Assembly (NCBI GenBank): GCA_945872795.1
Contig: CAMCAZ010000002.1
Span: 65,298-129,297, forward strand
Direction of reading: 5' to 3'
Source: Chryseobacterium gleum
GTDB taxonomy: Bacteria > Bacteroidota > Bacteroidia > Flavobacteriales_F > PHOS-HE28
Length of the DNA stretch: 64,000 nt
The translations under genes were made by a program, and so were the position numbers. Shown here in pieces: positions 26,779-36,585 of the stretch (the first letter of the stretch is position 1; each line of letters starts with the position of its first letter). The notes below the pieces were generated by a model. That model was given only the letters and a program-made list of their open reading frames with translations, was not told the DNA's origin and did no database searches.

Positions 26779-27414
26779 CTACTTCAAGAACGGATTGCTC
26801 CGCTTCTCCCGGCCGATGGTCGTCTCCGGTCCGTGGCCGGAATAGACCACCACATCATCACCCAAGGGGAACAGCTGTTCCTGGATGCTCCGGAGCAGGG
26901 TGTCCATATCGCCACCGGGCAGGTCCGTCCGGCCGATGCTGTTCATGAACAGCACGTCGCCGGCGATGACGAAGTGCTGTGCCTCGCAGAACAGCGCTAC
27001 GTGGCCCGGTGCATGTCCGGGGACGAACAGCACCTTGAGGGTGTCGCTTCCCAGGGTGATGGTCTCGCCCGGCACCAAGGCCCGGCCTCGGGGAGGGCCT
27101 TCCTCGAAGGGCAGGCCGTACATCCGGGCCACCTGTGGAGCCCCGGCGTAGAGCTCGTGATCCGCGGGATGCAGATCGGGTGTAAGGCCATAGCGCGAAT
27201 TCGCCCAGGCGCAACCGAACACATGGTCGATGTGGGCGTGGGTGAGCACAAGATGTACGGGTGTCAGTGCGTTGTCCGCCAGATAGGACTCCAGCTCATG
27301 TTCCTCCGTCGCGTTCCAGCATCCCGGGTCGATCAAAATGGCCTGCGAACCATTGTGGATGACATAGGTGTTCTCCTGGAACGGGTTGAAGGTGAACTTG
27401 GCAACGCTTAGCAT
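26779..27414 (-). CDS. MBL-fold metallo-hydrolase (GloB / hydroxyacylglutathione-hydrolase-like)
   Basis: A 211-aa protein with LTHAHIDHVFG (HxHxDH) and a later GHAPGH motif. Confidence 0.8.
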   Translation of the reverse strand: MLSVAKFTFNPFQENTYVIHNGSQAILIDPGCWNATEEHELESYLADNALTPVHLVLTHAHIDHVFGCAWANSRYGLTPDLHPADHELYAGAPQVARMYGLPFEEGPPRGRALVPGETITLGSDTLKVLFVPGHAPGHVALFCEAQHFVIAGDVLFMNSIGRTDLPGGDMDTLLRSIQEQLFPLGDDVVVYSGHGPETTIGREKRSNPFLK

Positions 27415-27484
27415 GGCAGGAAAAGCCCGAAATTCGCAGGGAATTGCCTTCGGGCAAGGCTCCGAAAGTAGCTATCTTCAGCAC

Positions 27485-30400
27485 GTGCACCCTCGTTCGA
27501 CCGTTTCCCTCAGCCGCCTCTTGCCCGCGGTCATACTGGCCCTTGTGGCGGTGATGGGCCATGGGCAGTTCTATTCCGGGTCGCAGCAGGAGTATGGCAA
27601 GAACCGGGTGCAGTACCAGGACTTCCTGTGGCAGCAATACCGCTTCCAGGACATGGAGGTGTTCTTCTATAAGGAAGGCCGGGACCTGGCGAAGTACACC
27701 GCGCAGGCCGCCACCCGCCACCTCAAGGAGTTGGAGAAGGACATGGACTATGCGCTGGACGAGCGCCTGCAGTTCATCGTCTACAACTCGCTCACCGATT
27801 TCCGGCAGAGCAACATCGGCCTCGCCGGCATGCAGGGTGATAACAACATCGGTGGCCTCACCCGGATCGTGGGCACGAAGATCTTCGTCTATTTCGAAGG
27901 GGATCACATGCTTCTGGAGCGGCAGATCCGCTCGGGCATCGCGCACGTGATCATCGACCAGATGATGTTCGGGGGCAACTGGCGCGAAATGCTCAAGAAT
28001 TCCACCTTCATGAGCCTGCCCACCTGGTTCACGGAGGGCATCATCTCCTACCATTCCCGTCCCTGGGACGCCGAGTTGAACAACCGCGTGCGGGATGGTG
28101 TGCTCAGCGGTCGCTATGCCAAGCTGAACCGGCTTTCCGGTGAGGATGCCCGCTTCATGGGGCATGCCATCTGGAAGTACGTGGCCGATGTGTACGGGCC
28201 GGCCGTGCTGCCCAACATCATGTACATGACCCGCGTGAGCCGCAACGCGGAGAGCGGTTTCCTCTATGTGCTCGGGGTCTCGTTGAAGACCTTGTCGCAG
28301 GAATGCCTGGACCATTACCGGGGCAAATTCACCGAAGAGGACCGATCGCGCCAGCGGATCACCCAGGAACCGCTTCCCATCCGCACCCGGAAACAGCGTA
28401 GCTACAGCCAGTTCAAGGAAAGCCCCGATGGGCGCCACATGGCCTGGGTGAGCAATGAGCTGGGCCAGTACAAGGTGTGGGTCTATGAGGTGGGCACGGG
28501 TAAGTTGCGGCGCATCGTGAAGGGCGAAAAGAAGCTGGACCGCATCGTGGACCGGAGCTATCCGGTGCTCGCCTGGCATCCCTCGGGGCAGGCCCTGAGC
28601 TACGCGGTGGAACGGAAGGGCGAGCTCGTGCTGCGCACCTACACGCTGGATGATGGCAAGACCTCCGAGAAGGACGTGTTCCAGCTGGAGAAGATCCTCT
28701 CGATGGACTACTCCGCCGATGGCCGGAACATGGTGTTCAGCGGCATCCGCGAGGGGCGCACGGACCTGTACCTCTACTACATGATCGGCAACCGCCAGGA
28801 GCAGCTCACCGACGATCAGTTCGATGACCTGGACCCCCGCTTCGTGGACGAGGACAAGCACATCATCTTCAGCAGTGACCGGCCGGACGATACGCTCCGG
28901 ACCAATGCCGACGTGGCTTTGGTGAACGGCACCAAGGACATCTACCTGCTCGATGTGGCCACGCGTTCGCGCCTGCTGACCCGGCTCACCAATACCCCCG
29001 GCGTGAACGAGGTCCAGCCCTCTCGCTTCGACAGCGTGAACTACACCTTCCTGAGTGATGTGGACGGTCTGCTGAACCGCTTCATGGTACGCTATGACAG
29101 TGCCGTGAGCCACATCGATACCACGGTGCACTACCGCTACTACACGGTGGAGGAACGCTCCACGGACCTCCAGCGCTCGATCCTGGAACAGCACGTGAAT
29201 GCACGCCGGGGGCGGTTCACGCAACTGCAGCTGGTGGATGGGCGTTACGAGTTCCGTTCCGGACGCACGTCTGATGGGCGTATGGCCGGGAATGGTCCGG
29301 TAGGTCCTTCCGGGACCGGCGTCCCGGGTGCCGATCCTGGCAATGGCAACGGTGAATTGAGCCCGGTGGTGAAGGTGGACCCCCAGGTGCCCAGACCCAC
29401 CGGAGCCGACGCGGTGGATATCCGGAACTACACGTTCATGGATGAGGCCAATGGTGCCGTGCGCGCACCGGACCCGCGCAAGCCGAAAGTGGCCGCCCCG
29501 GTGGCGAAGGCCAGTGACACCACGGCCGTAAGCGTGTTCCGCTTCCCGGACCAGCGCAACTACAACGTCAACTTCACCATCGACGAGGTGGTGACCCAGG
29601 TGGACAACAGCTATAGCAACCAGTTCTATCAGCCCTTCACCGGACCCGGCGAATTGAACCCCGGCCTGAGCGGACTCACCCGCATGGGGGCCAGCGATCT
29701 GTTCGAGGACCATCGCATCCTGGGCGGTTTCCGCTTTGCGCTGGACCTGAACAACAACGACTACCTGCTGGCCTACGAGAACCTGAAGAGCCGTTTGGAC
29801 AAGCGGATCTCCTTCCAGCGGCAGGCCATCCAGAGCGTGGGGCTCTTTGGTGTGATCAAGTCCCACACCCACAACGTGCGCTTCCAGGTGAGCTGGCCAT
29901 TCAGTGAACTCGCCAGCCTGCGGGCTTCGGCGATGTACCGCAATGACCGCTATGTGCAGCAGAGCATCGACCCCTTGAGCCTGCGCACGCCGAACTTCAA
30001 CGACCACATGGTCGGCGGGAAGTTGGAATACGTGTACGACAGCTCCATACCCCGGGGGCTGAACCTGTGGACGGGCTGGAAGCTGAAGTTCTTCGCTGAA
30101 TATTACCAGCAACCGACCGAGAACGGTGACATGCAGGTGGTGGGGATGGACCTTCGCCACTCACTGAAAGTGCACCGCGAATTGATCTGGGTGACCCGCT
30201 TCGCGGGCAGCAGTTCCTTCGGAAGCCGCAAGGTCATCAACTTCCTGGGTGGCGTTGACAACTGGTTGTGGGCCAAGGTGGACCCGAGCATTCCCATCGA
30301 CTTCAACCAGAACTACTACTTCCAAACGATGGCGGTGCCCATGCGCGGCTTCTTCTTCAACGCGCGCAATGGCTCCAGTTTCGCCGTGTTCAATACCGAA

Positions 30401-30733
30401 CTGCGCCTGCCCATCGTTCGTTACCTCGTGAACCGTCCGGTGCGTTCCGATTTCTTCAACCACCTGCAGGTCTGCGCCTTCGGTGACGTCGGTGCCGCTT
30501 GGACCGGTTCCGACCCCTATTCGGAGGACAACACCTTCAACCAGGTGACGGTCGTCCGGAACCCGCTGACCATCACCATCGACAGCCAGCGCGAACCCAT
30601 CATCGCCAGTTATGGCTTCGGGCTGCGCACCCGGCTGCTCGGCTACTTCGTGCGCGGCGATTGGGGATGGGGGATCGATGACGGGGTGATCCAGCCCAGC
30701 GTGTTCCATTTCTCGCTCAGCCTTGATATCTGA
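27485..30733 (+). CDS. large envelope protein: signal peptide, TolB-like PD40 beta-propeller and a C-terminal Omp85/BamA-like beta-barrel
   Basis: I call a GTG start at 27485 (VHPRSTVSLSRLLPAVILALVAVMGHGQ), because the upstream ATG at 27368 would overlap the divergent MBL gene. The middle region has PD40/TolB-like repeats (YSQFKESPDGRHMAWVSNELGQYKVWVYEV..., YSADGRNMVFSGIREGRTDLYLY...). The C-terminus has alternating strands ending in ASYGFGLRTRLLGYFVRGDWGWGID...FHFSLSLDI, like Omp85 terminal strands. Confidence 0.65.
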   Translation: MHPRSTVSLSRLLPAVILALVAVMGHGQFYSGSQQEYGKNRVQYQDFLWQQYRFQDMEVFFYKEGRDLAKYTAQAATRHLKELEKDMDYALDERLQFIVYNSLTDFRQSNIGLAGMQGDNNIGGLTRIVGTKIFVYFEGDHMLLERQIRSGIAHVIIDQMMFGGNWREMLKNSTFMSLPTWFTEGIISYHSRPWDAELNNRVRDGVLSGRYAKLNRLSGEDARFMGHAIWKYVADVYGPAVLPNIMYMTRVSRNAESGFLYVLGVSLKTLSQECLDHYRGKFTEEDRSRQRITQEPLPIRTRKQRSYSQFKESPDGRHMAWVSNELGQYKVWVYEVGTGKLRRIVKGEKKLDRIVDRSYPVLAWHPSGQALSYAVERKGELVLRTYTLDDGKTSEKDVFQLEKILSMDYSADGRNMVFSGIREGRTDLYLYYMIGNRQEQLTDDQFDDLDPRFVDEDKHIIFSSDRPDDTLRTNADVALVNGTKDIYLLDVATRSRLLTRLTNTPGVNEVQPSRFDSVNYTFLSDVDGLLNRFMVRYDSAVSHIDTTVHYRYYTVEERSTDLQRSILEQHVNARRGRFTQLQLVDGRYEFRSGRTSDGRMAGNGPVGPSGTGVPGADPGNGNGELSPVVKVDPQVPRPTGADAVDIRNYTFMDEANGAVRAPDPRKPKVAAPVAKASDTTAVSVFRFPDQRNYNVNFTIDEVVTQVDNSYSNQFYQPFTGPGELNPGLSGLTRMGASDLFEDHRILGGFRFALDLNNNDYLLAYENLKSRLDKRISFQRQAIQSVGLFGVIKSHTHNVRFQVSWPFSELASLRASAMYRNDRYVQQSIDPLSLRTPNFNDHMVGGKLEYVYDSSIPRGLNLWTGWKLKFFAEYYQQPTENGDMQVVGMDLRHSLKVHRELIWVTRFAGSSSFGSRKVINFLGGVDNWLWAKVDPSIPIDFNQNYYFQTMAVPMRGFFFNARNGSSFAVFNTELRLPIVRYLVNRPVRSDFFNHLQVCAFGDVGAAWTGSDPYSEDNTFNQVTVVRNPLTITIDSQREPIIASYGFGLRTRLLGYFVRGDWGWGIDDGVIQPSVFHFSLSLDI

Positions 30734-31107
30734 TGACCTTCGACACCCAGACCATCCTGCTCCTCGTGGTCATCGGTCTGGTGGCCGGGATGCTCAGCGG
30801 CCTGGTCGGCATCGGTGGTGGATTGCTCATGGTGCCCGCACTGGTGTGGCTCCTGAGCTATTCGCAGCACCAGGCACAGGGCACCAGCCTGGCCGTGCTG
30901 ATGCTGCCGGTGGTATTCCTGGCGGCACGGGACTATTACAAGGCCGGTCATATCGATCCCAAGGTGGTGGGCGTGATCGCTGCGGCCTTCGTAGTGGGTG
31001 GCTACTTCGGCGGCAAGTGGGCATTGGCCCTGCCTGCCGATCAACTGCGCAAGGTCTTCGGGGTCATCCTACTGCTCGCTTCCATCAAGCTCCTTCTGAA
31101 CAAGTGA
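30733..31107 (+). CDS. half-size TauE/SafE (DUF81) 4-TM membrane protein
   Basis: A 124-aa protein with a single DUF81 repeat and the GxGGG motif (GLVGIGGGLLMVPALV). Its ATG overlaps the upstream stop by 1 nt (tgATG). Confidence 0.7.
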   Translation: MTFDTQTILLLVVIGLVAGMLSGLVGIGGGLLMVPALVWLLSYSQHQAQGTSLAVLMLPVVFLAARDYYKAGHIDPKVVGVIAAAFVVGGYFGGKWALALPADQLRKVFGVILLLASIKLLLNK

Positions 31108-32312
31108 TCGACCGCATTAAGCACGAACTAGCGTTGCTCCAGCCTGCCATGTTCGGGTGGCGCAGGCACCTGCATCGACATCCCGAACTATCGTTCCAGG
31201 AGCACTTGACAGCCGCTTACGTCCAGGCGGTGTTGAGCGCCGAAGGCATCGGGACGCGTGCTGGTGTCGGTAAGTTGACACCGGAGTCTCCGGGCACCGG
31301 CATCATCGCGGTGGTGCGGGGTGAAGCCGGACCCTCGGACCGTTGCATCGCCCTGCGTGCCGACCTGGACGCTCTGCCGATCCAGGAGGTGGGCAAACCG
31401 GATTACTGTTCCACGGTGCCCGGTGTGATGCATGCCTGCGGGCATGATGTGCATACCAGCATGGTGCTCGCCGCGGGCATCGCCCTTCACCGCCTGCGCA
31501 AGGAATGGTCAGGCGCGGTGATGCTGGTCTTCCAACCTGGCGAGGAGAAGGAGCCCGGTGGCGCATCCCTGCTGGTGAAGGAGGATGTGTTCAACGATCC
31601 GAAGCCCTCCGGGATCCTAGGGCAGCACGTTACCCCCGAACTGCCGGTGGGCAAACTCGGCTTCCGCAGTGGTGCGTTCATGGCCGCTGCGGATGAGCTT
31701 TACCTCACGGTGAAGGGCAAGGGTGGCCATGCTGGATCACCCCATCTCTGCATCGATCCGGTGCTGATCGCGGCGCACCTCCTCACCGCCTTGCAACAGG
31801 TGGTGAGCCGACGCAACAAGCCCGGCCAGCCCATGGTCCTGTCCTTCGGAAAGGTGATCGCCAACGGTGCGACCAACATCATCCCCGATACGGTCACACT
31901 GGAAGGAACGCTCCGCACCTTCGATGAACCGTGGCGCGCAGAGCTGCATGAGCTACTGCCACGGATGGCCATGGATCTGGCGCGAAGCATGGGCGGCGAC
32001 GTGGACTTCCGGCTGGTGAAAGGCTCTCCCGTGGTGAAGAACGATCCGGAGCTGAACGCCCGCATCCGTTCAGTCGCAGTGGACTTCGTGGGCGCCGGGA
32101 ACGTGGTGGACATGGACATCCGCATGGGTGCCGAGGACTTCGCGTACTACACGCATGTGATGCCCGGATGTTTCTTCCGACTGGGAACGGGGAACCCGGC
32201 AAAACCCGGCACCACCAGCGGACTTCACCGCGCCGAATTCGATGTGGACGAGGATGCCATGGCGATCGGGGCGGGGATGATGGTGGCGGGGGCGCTGAGC
32301 GAGTTGCAATGA
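31104..32312 (+). CDS. M20D-family amidohydrolase (N-acyl-amino-acid amidohydrolase / hippurate-hydrolase-like)
   Basis: GTG start in a GTGA overlap with the upstream stop. Motifs WRRHLHRHPELSFQE, ALRADLDALPIQE, MHACGHDVH and GAEDFAYY identify the M20D family. Confidence 0.8.
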   Translation: MIDRIKHELALLQPAMFGWRRHLHRHPELSFQEHLTAAYVQAVLSAEGIGTRAGVGKLTPESPGTGIIAVVRGEAGPSDRCIALRADLDALPIQEVGKPDYCSTVPGVMHACGHDVHTSMVLAAGIALHRLRKEWSGAVMLVFQPGEEKEPGGASLLVKEDVFNDPKPSGILGQHVTPELPVGKLGFRSGAFMAAADELYLTVKGKGGHAGSPHLCIDPVLIAAHLLTALQQVVSRRNKPGQPMVLSFGKVIANGATNIIPDTVTLEGTLRTFDEPWRAELHELLPRMAMDLARSMGGDVDFRLVKGSPVVKNDPELNARIRSVAVDFVGAGNVVDMDIRMGAEDFAYYTHVMPGCFFRLGTGNPAKPGTTSGLHRAEFDVDEDAMAIGAGMMVAGALSELQ

Positions 32313-32860
32313 GGCTGAATGTGGTCGGTTCGATGCGCGTCTTCCGTGGCATTGTGCAGTGGCTCGTCATGATGGTGGCGGTGTGTGCGGTAGGATGTGG
32401 CGCGCCCGGTTCGGTCCCCGATGCGGATCCAACTGCGACGGACACCAGCGGATCGTGGCCTTCACCTGAGTTGGAGGAGATCGCCAGCACTTTGGCAGCG
32501 GATACCATCCTCACCGAAATCGCATTGAGCCTCTTCAACGAGCGGCATCTTCTACGCATCATCGGAACGGGCCAAGGTGGGTTCAACCACGACCGTGCAT
32601 TTCATGTCCTACTTACGGGCCCCGGCGGCGTCGTGTTGGACACTGTACTGACCAAGGCCTCCTTCGCGGATAGCCTGGATGCCGAATTCCTTGAGCGTGC
32701 AGGCCTGTATGCACTGGACTTTGACTTCGTTCGATCCCGAAGTCTCTACTTCAACGCTTACGTTGGCGTGGATGAGACCGACTACGTGCAGCTTATCGAT
32801 CTCTTCCTGACGTATGCAGGCGAGCAGAAGGGCCGAATGCACTATTGGCTTGTTCCCTAG
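32309..32860 (+). CDS. hypothetical lipoprotein
   Basis: An ATGA overlap with the amidohydrolase stop. Signal peptide with a lipobox, MRLNVVGSMRVFRGIVQWLVMMVAVCAVGC. ~183 aa of unknown family. Confidence 0.5.
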   Translation: MRLNVVGSMRVFRGIVQWLVMMVAVCAVGCGAPGSVPDADPTATDTSGSWPSPELEEIASTLAADTILTEIALSLFNERHLLRIIGTGQGGFNHDRAFHVLLTGPGGVVLDTVLTKASFADSLDAEFLERAGLYALDFDFVRSRSLYFNAYVGVDETDYVQLIDLFLTYAGEQKGRMHYWLVP

Positions 32861-32911
32861 GACATCAGCGCGCAGGAATGACCATCGTCCAGGCCATGCT
32901 TGGATCACCGA

Positions 32912-33247
32912 TCACCGCTGCACGATGTCATCCACCTCGATCACCGGCCTCCCGCTCTTCTCGTGAACGGTCATCTCCACCACATGCGTGGAGCGGCCTT
33001 GGGCGGTGTATAGGTCCACATGCACGGAGAACGCACCCGGCCAGTTGCGCACCGCTGTGACCTGCAGGTTGTTCCACACGGTGGGTGGTGGCATCACCAA
33101 CACAGCACCGATGTCCTCCACGGCGTCCATCATGGCATCGGCGGAAAGGCGCACACCACCGGTCGCCTGTTCCAGTTCATCGTAGCGCCGCTCCACCAGC
33201 AGCTTCATCACGTGCTTGGCGACGAGGGTGAGGTCGTTGGGGGACAT
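32912..33247 (-). CDS. hypothetical small cytoplasmic protein (111 aa)
   Basis: A clean ORF (MSPNDLTLVAKHVMKLLVERRYDELEQATGG...) convergent with the lipoprotein gene. No recognisable motif. Confidence 0.4.
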   Translation of the reverse strand: MSPNDLTLVAKHVMKLLVERRYDELEQATGGVRLSADAMMDAVEDIGAVLVMPPPTVWNNLQVTAVRNWPGAFSVHVDLYTAQGRSTHVVEMTVHEKSGRPVIEVDDIVQR

Positions 33248-33342
33248 GGTGGAGTTGGATCAACGTCCGATGGAGTTTTGAAAGAAGCAGGGGCAAGTGC
33301 AGGGGCAATGATCCGTCTTGCGCCTGCGCCTGCTCCTTGAGT

Positions 33343-35529
33343 TCAATTCGCCACTTCGCTCATGAACTTCAGCCGCACCATGCGCAGTTCCTCCTCGCTG
33401 TAGTCCCCGTCGAACTCCTGGCGTGCCGTCTCGATGTCATCGGTCTCTGCATCCTTGAAGTAGTCCATGATCTCTTCCAGGGTCTCTGGTTCGAACACGT
33501 CGTTCAGGTGGTAATTGATGTCCAGCTTGGTGCCGCTCTGCACGATGCTCTCGAGCTCGATCAGCAGCGCATCCATGGTGAGGTTGCGCGCCTTGGCGAT
33601 GGCATCCAGGGGCAGTCGCTTATCGATGTTCTGGATGATGTGCACCTTGTTGCCGCTCTTGTTCACCACGGAACGCACGGTGACCTCCTCGGCGCGCTCG
33701 ATGTCGTTCTCCTCCACATACCGGGCGATGAGGTCGACGAATGGCTTGCCGAATTTCTGTGCCTTGCCGGGCCCAACGCCGCTTACCTGGGTGAGCTCCT
33801 CGATGGTGACCGGGTAGCGCATGGTCATCTCCTCCAGGGAGGGATCACCGAAGAGCACCCAGGGCTGCAGCTTCCGCTTCTGGGCCTCGCTGCGGCGCAG
33901 GTCCTTCAGCATCGCCATGAGCTTCTCATCGGCCGCCGCACCGGGCCGCGCGATGGGCTCGTCGTCCGCGCCCTCGTAGTCGCTGTAGTCCCGCTCCTTC
34001 ACGAACTTGATGGATACGGGTTTGGCGAGGAATTTCTTGCCGGCCTCGGTCAGGCTCAGGTTGCCGTAGGACTCGATGTCCTTGTGCAGGTAGCCCCCCA
34101 CGTTGGCCTGGCGCACGACGGCCATCCAATGGTGAAGGTCCTTGTCGGAGCCTTCGCCGTAGATATTCAGCTTGTCGCCCTTGTAGTTCTTGATCTCGCT
34201 CGTCTCGGTGCCCGTGATCAGGTCACAGATGAACTTGGCCCGATGGCGCTCCTTGCTCTCCTTCACCGCCTTCAGCACCATCACCAGGTCCTCCTTCCCT
34301 TCGAACTGCTCCTTGGGGTTGGCGCAGTTGTCACAGCCTGCCTGGCATTTCGAGTCGTCGTAGAGCTCCCCGAAGTAGTGCAGGATGAATTTCCGGCGGC
34401 ACATGCTGGTCTCGGCGAAGCTCACGGTATCCGCCAGCAACTGCTTGCCGATCTCCTGTTCGGCCACGGGCTTCCCTTGCAGGAACTTTTCGAGCTTCTC
34501 GATGTCCTTGTAACTGTAGAAGGCGATGCACTTGCCTTCCCCGCCATCGCGGCCCGCGCGGCCGGTCTCCTGGTAATAGCTCTCCAGGCTCTTCGGGATG
34601 TCGTGGTGGATCACGAAGCGGACATCCGGCTTGTCGATCCCCATGCCGAAAGCGATGGTCGCCACGATGACGTCCACTTCCTCCATCAGGAACTGGTCCT
34701 GGTGGCTGGCCCGTTGGTGGGCGTCCATGCCGGCGTGGTAGGGCAGCGCCTTGATGCCGTTCACATTGAGCATCTCGGCCATCTCCTCCACCTTCTTGCG
34801 GCTCAGGCAATAGATGATGCCGCTGCGCCCATCATGCTGCTTGATGAAGCGGATGATCTCCCGGCCCACGTCCTTCTTCGGACGGATCTCATAGTACAGG
34901 TTCGGACGGTTGAAGCTGTCCTTGTATACCCTGGCGTCAGGGATGTCGAGGTTCTTCAGGATGTCCTCCTGCACCTTCTCAGTGGCTGTTGCGGTGAGCG
35001 CGATCACCGGCACCCGCTTGATCTCGTCGAAGATGGTCCGCAGGCGGCGGTATTCCGGACGGAAGTCATGTCCCCACTCACTGATGCAATGCGCTTCGTC
35101 GATGGCGAAGAAACTGATCTTGATGTCGGTGAGGAACTCGACGTTCTCCTTCTTGGTCAGCGACTCGGGCGCCACGAAGAGGATCTTGGTGCGGCCCTCA
35201 GTGATGTCCTTGCGCACCTTCAGGGTCTCGTTCCGTGTGAGGGAGCTGTTGAGGAAGTGCGCCACGCCCTCCACATCGCTGAACCCACGGAGCGAATCCA
35301 CCTGGTTCTTCATCAGTGCGATCAGTGGGCTGACCACGATCGCGGTGCCCTCCATCATCAGCGCGGGAAGCTGGTAGCAGAGGCTCTTGCCTCCGCCGGT
35401 GGGCATGATCACGAACGTGTTGCGGCCATCCAGGACGCTCTGGATGATGGATTCCTGTTCGCCTTTGAATTTGCTGAATCCGAAGAACTGTTCGAGGGCT
35501 TCTCGTGGGGTGAGGTCGACGTGGATCAT
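33343..35529 (-). CDS. recQ: ATP-dependent DNA helicase RecQ
   Basis: A 728-aa protein with a DEAH box (AIDEAHCISEWGHDFR), an RQC zinc-binding region (CRRKFILHYFGE...CDNC) and a C-terminal HRDC domain. Confidence 0.95.
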   Translation of the reverse strand: MIHVDLTPREALEQFFGFSKFKGEQESIIQSVLDGRNTFVIMPTGGGKSLCYQLPALMMEGTAIVVSPLIALMKNQVDSLRGFSDVEGVAHFLNSSLTRNETLKVRKDITEGRTKILFVAPESLTKKENVEFLTDIKISFFAIDEAHCISEWGHDFRPEYRRLRTIFDEIKRVPVIALTATATEKVQEDILKNLDIPDARVYKDSFNRPNLYYEIRPKKDVGREIIRFIKQHDGRSGIIYCLSRKKVEEMAEMLNVNGIKALPYHAGMDAHQRASHQDQFLMEEVDVIVATIAFGMGIDKPDVRFVIHHDIPKSLESYYQETGRAGRDGGEGKCIAFYSYKDIEKLEKFLQGKPVAEQEIGKQLLADTVSFAETSMCRRKFILHYFGELYDDSKCQAGCDNCANPKEQFEGKEDLVMVLKAVKESKERHRAKFICDLITGTETSEIKNYKGDKLNIYGEGSDKDLHHWMAVVRQANVGGYLHKDIESYGNLSLTEAGKKFLAKPVSIKFVKERDYSDYEGADDEPIARPGAAADEKLMAMLKDLRRSEAQKRKLQPWVLFGDPSLEEMTMRYPVTIEELTQVSGVGPGKAQKFGKPFVDLIARYVEENDIERAEEVTVRSVVNKSGNKVHIIQNIDKRLPLDAIAKARNLTMDALLIELESIVQSGTKLDINYHLNDVFEPETLEEIMDYFKDAETDDIETARQEFDGDYSEEELRMVRLKFMSEVAN

Positions 35530-35733
35530 TGCGGGGTAACGGCAGGAGCAGATGCCGGAGATTTGAACGCTTAAATGTACGGCAACGCGATGAATTGGGG
35601 ACGGCTAATTCAGTCCAAGGTCGAACAGCCCGATGCAGCCCCCATTTCTGGCCTGTATCGTTGATAACTGCCCGTCCGTACAACGGGCCCGGTAGGCCCC
35701 CCATCTATCTTTGTTCCCTTAGCCCCGAACCTA

Positions 35734-36585
35734 TTGGCAGCGCAACAGCCCGGCCAGGAAATGACCTTTCTAGAGCACCTGGAGGAACTCCGGTGGACGC
35801 TCGTGCGCTCGGCCATCGCCATTGTGGTGGCCATGTTGGCGGCGTTCATGGCCAAGGACTTCGTGTTCGACCAGATCATCCTGGCCCCCAAGCACGGCGG
35901 GTTCATCACCTATCGCCTGTTCTGTGCGCTTGGACAGGCACTGGGCATGGGCGAGGCCCTGTGCATCGGTGACCTGAACTTCACGCTCCAGAACATCAGC
36001 ATGAGCGGCCAGTTCTTCACCCACCTCATGGTCTCGTTCGTGGCCGGCTTCATCCTCGCCTTTCCTTACGTCCTTTGGGAGTTCTGGCGCTTCATCAGCC
36101 CGGGGCTGCACCCCACCGAACAACGCTCCCTTCGCGGTGTGGTGGTCTTTGCGACGATCCTTTTCCTGCTGGGCGTGGCCTTCGGCTATTATCTGCTGGC
36201 CCCCTTGAGCATCCAGTTCTTCGGCAGTTACCAGGTCAGCGGCTCAGTGGCGAACGCCGTTGCCTTGGACAGCTACGTGGCCATGATCACCTCTGTGACC
36301 CTGTGGACAGGCATCCTGTTCGAGATGCCCTTGGTGATCCTGTTCCTGACCAAGGCCGGACTGGTGGGTCCTGCATTCCTGCGCACCTACCGCAAACACG
36401 CCTTCGTGGCGATCCTGATCGCGGCGGCCATACTCACACCACCCGATGTGGTGAGCCAGCTGATCGTTTCCGGGCCGCTGATGCTGCTCTATGAGTTCAG
36501 CATCCTGCTATCGGCCAGGGTGGAACGGCAGATGATCAAGGGTCGACAGGCAGGCACTTCAACGCTCACGCGCCAGCCTGTATGA
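35734..36585 (+). CDS. tatC: twin-arginine translocase subunit TatC
   Basis: The MTFLEHLEELRWTLVRS N-terminus and 6 TM segments are typical of TatC. The alternative start is Met10 (35761). Confidence 0.9.
   Translation: MAAQQPGQEMTFLEHLEELRWTLVRSAIAIVVAMLAAFMAKDFVFDQIILAPKHGGFITYRLFCALGQALGMGEALCIGDLNFTLQNISMSGQFFTHLMVSFVAGFILAFPYVLWEFWRFISPGLHPTEQRSLRGVVVFATILFLLGVAFGYYLLAPLSIQFFGSYQVSGSVANAVALDSYVAMITSVTLWTGILFEMPLVILFLTKAGLVGPAFLRTYRKHAFVAILIAAAILTPPDVVSQLIVSGPLMLLYEFSILLSARVERQMIKGRQAGTSTLTRQPV

Noticed and set aside
27368-27484. ATG start for the large PD40/Omp85 protein at 27368
   Set aside because: It would overlap the divergently transcribed MBL hydrolase gene by 47 nt and would put 39 non-signal residues before the signal peptide. 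A GTG at 27485 gives a canonical signal peptide.
33337-35574. 745-aa plus-strand ORF antisense to recQ, and many similar long antisense ORFs (e.g. 1073-2524, 10550-12070, 12452-13903, 17836-19197, 27296-30160, 36810-38894, 44458-46245, 59695-61887)
   Set aside because: Stop-codon-poor antisense frames are expected at about 62% GC. Each one overlaps a gene with strong family signatures on the other strand, and the antisense products are Arg/Gly/His-rich without domain features.
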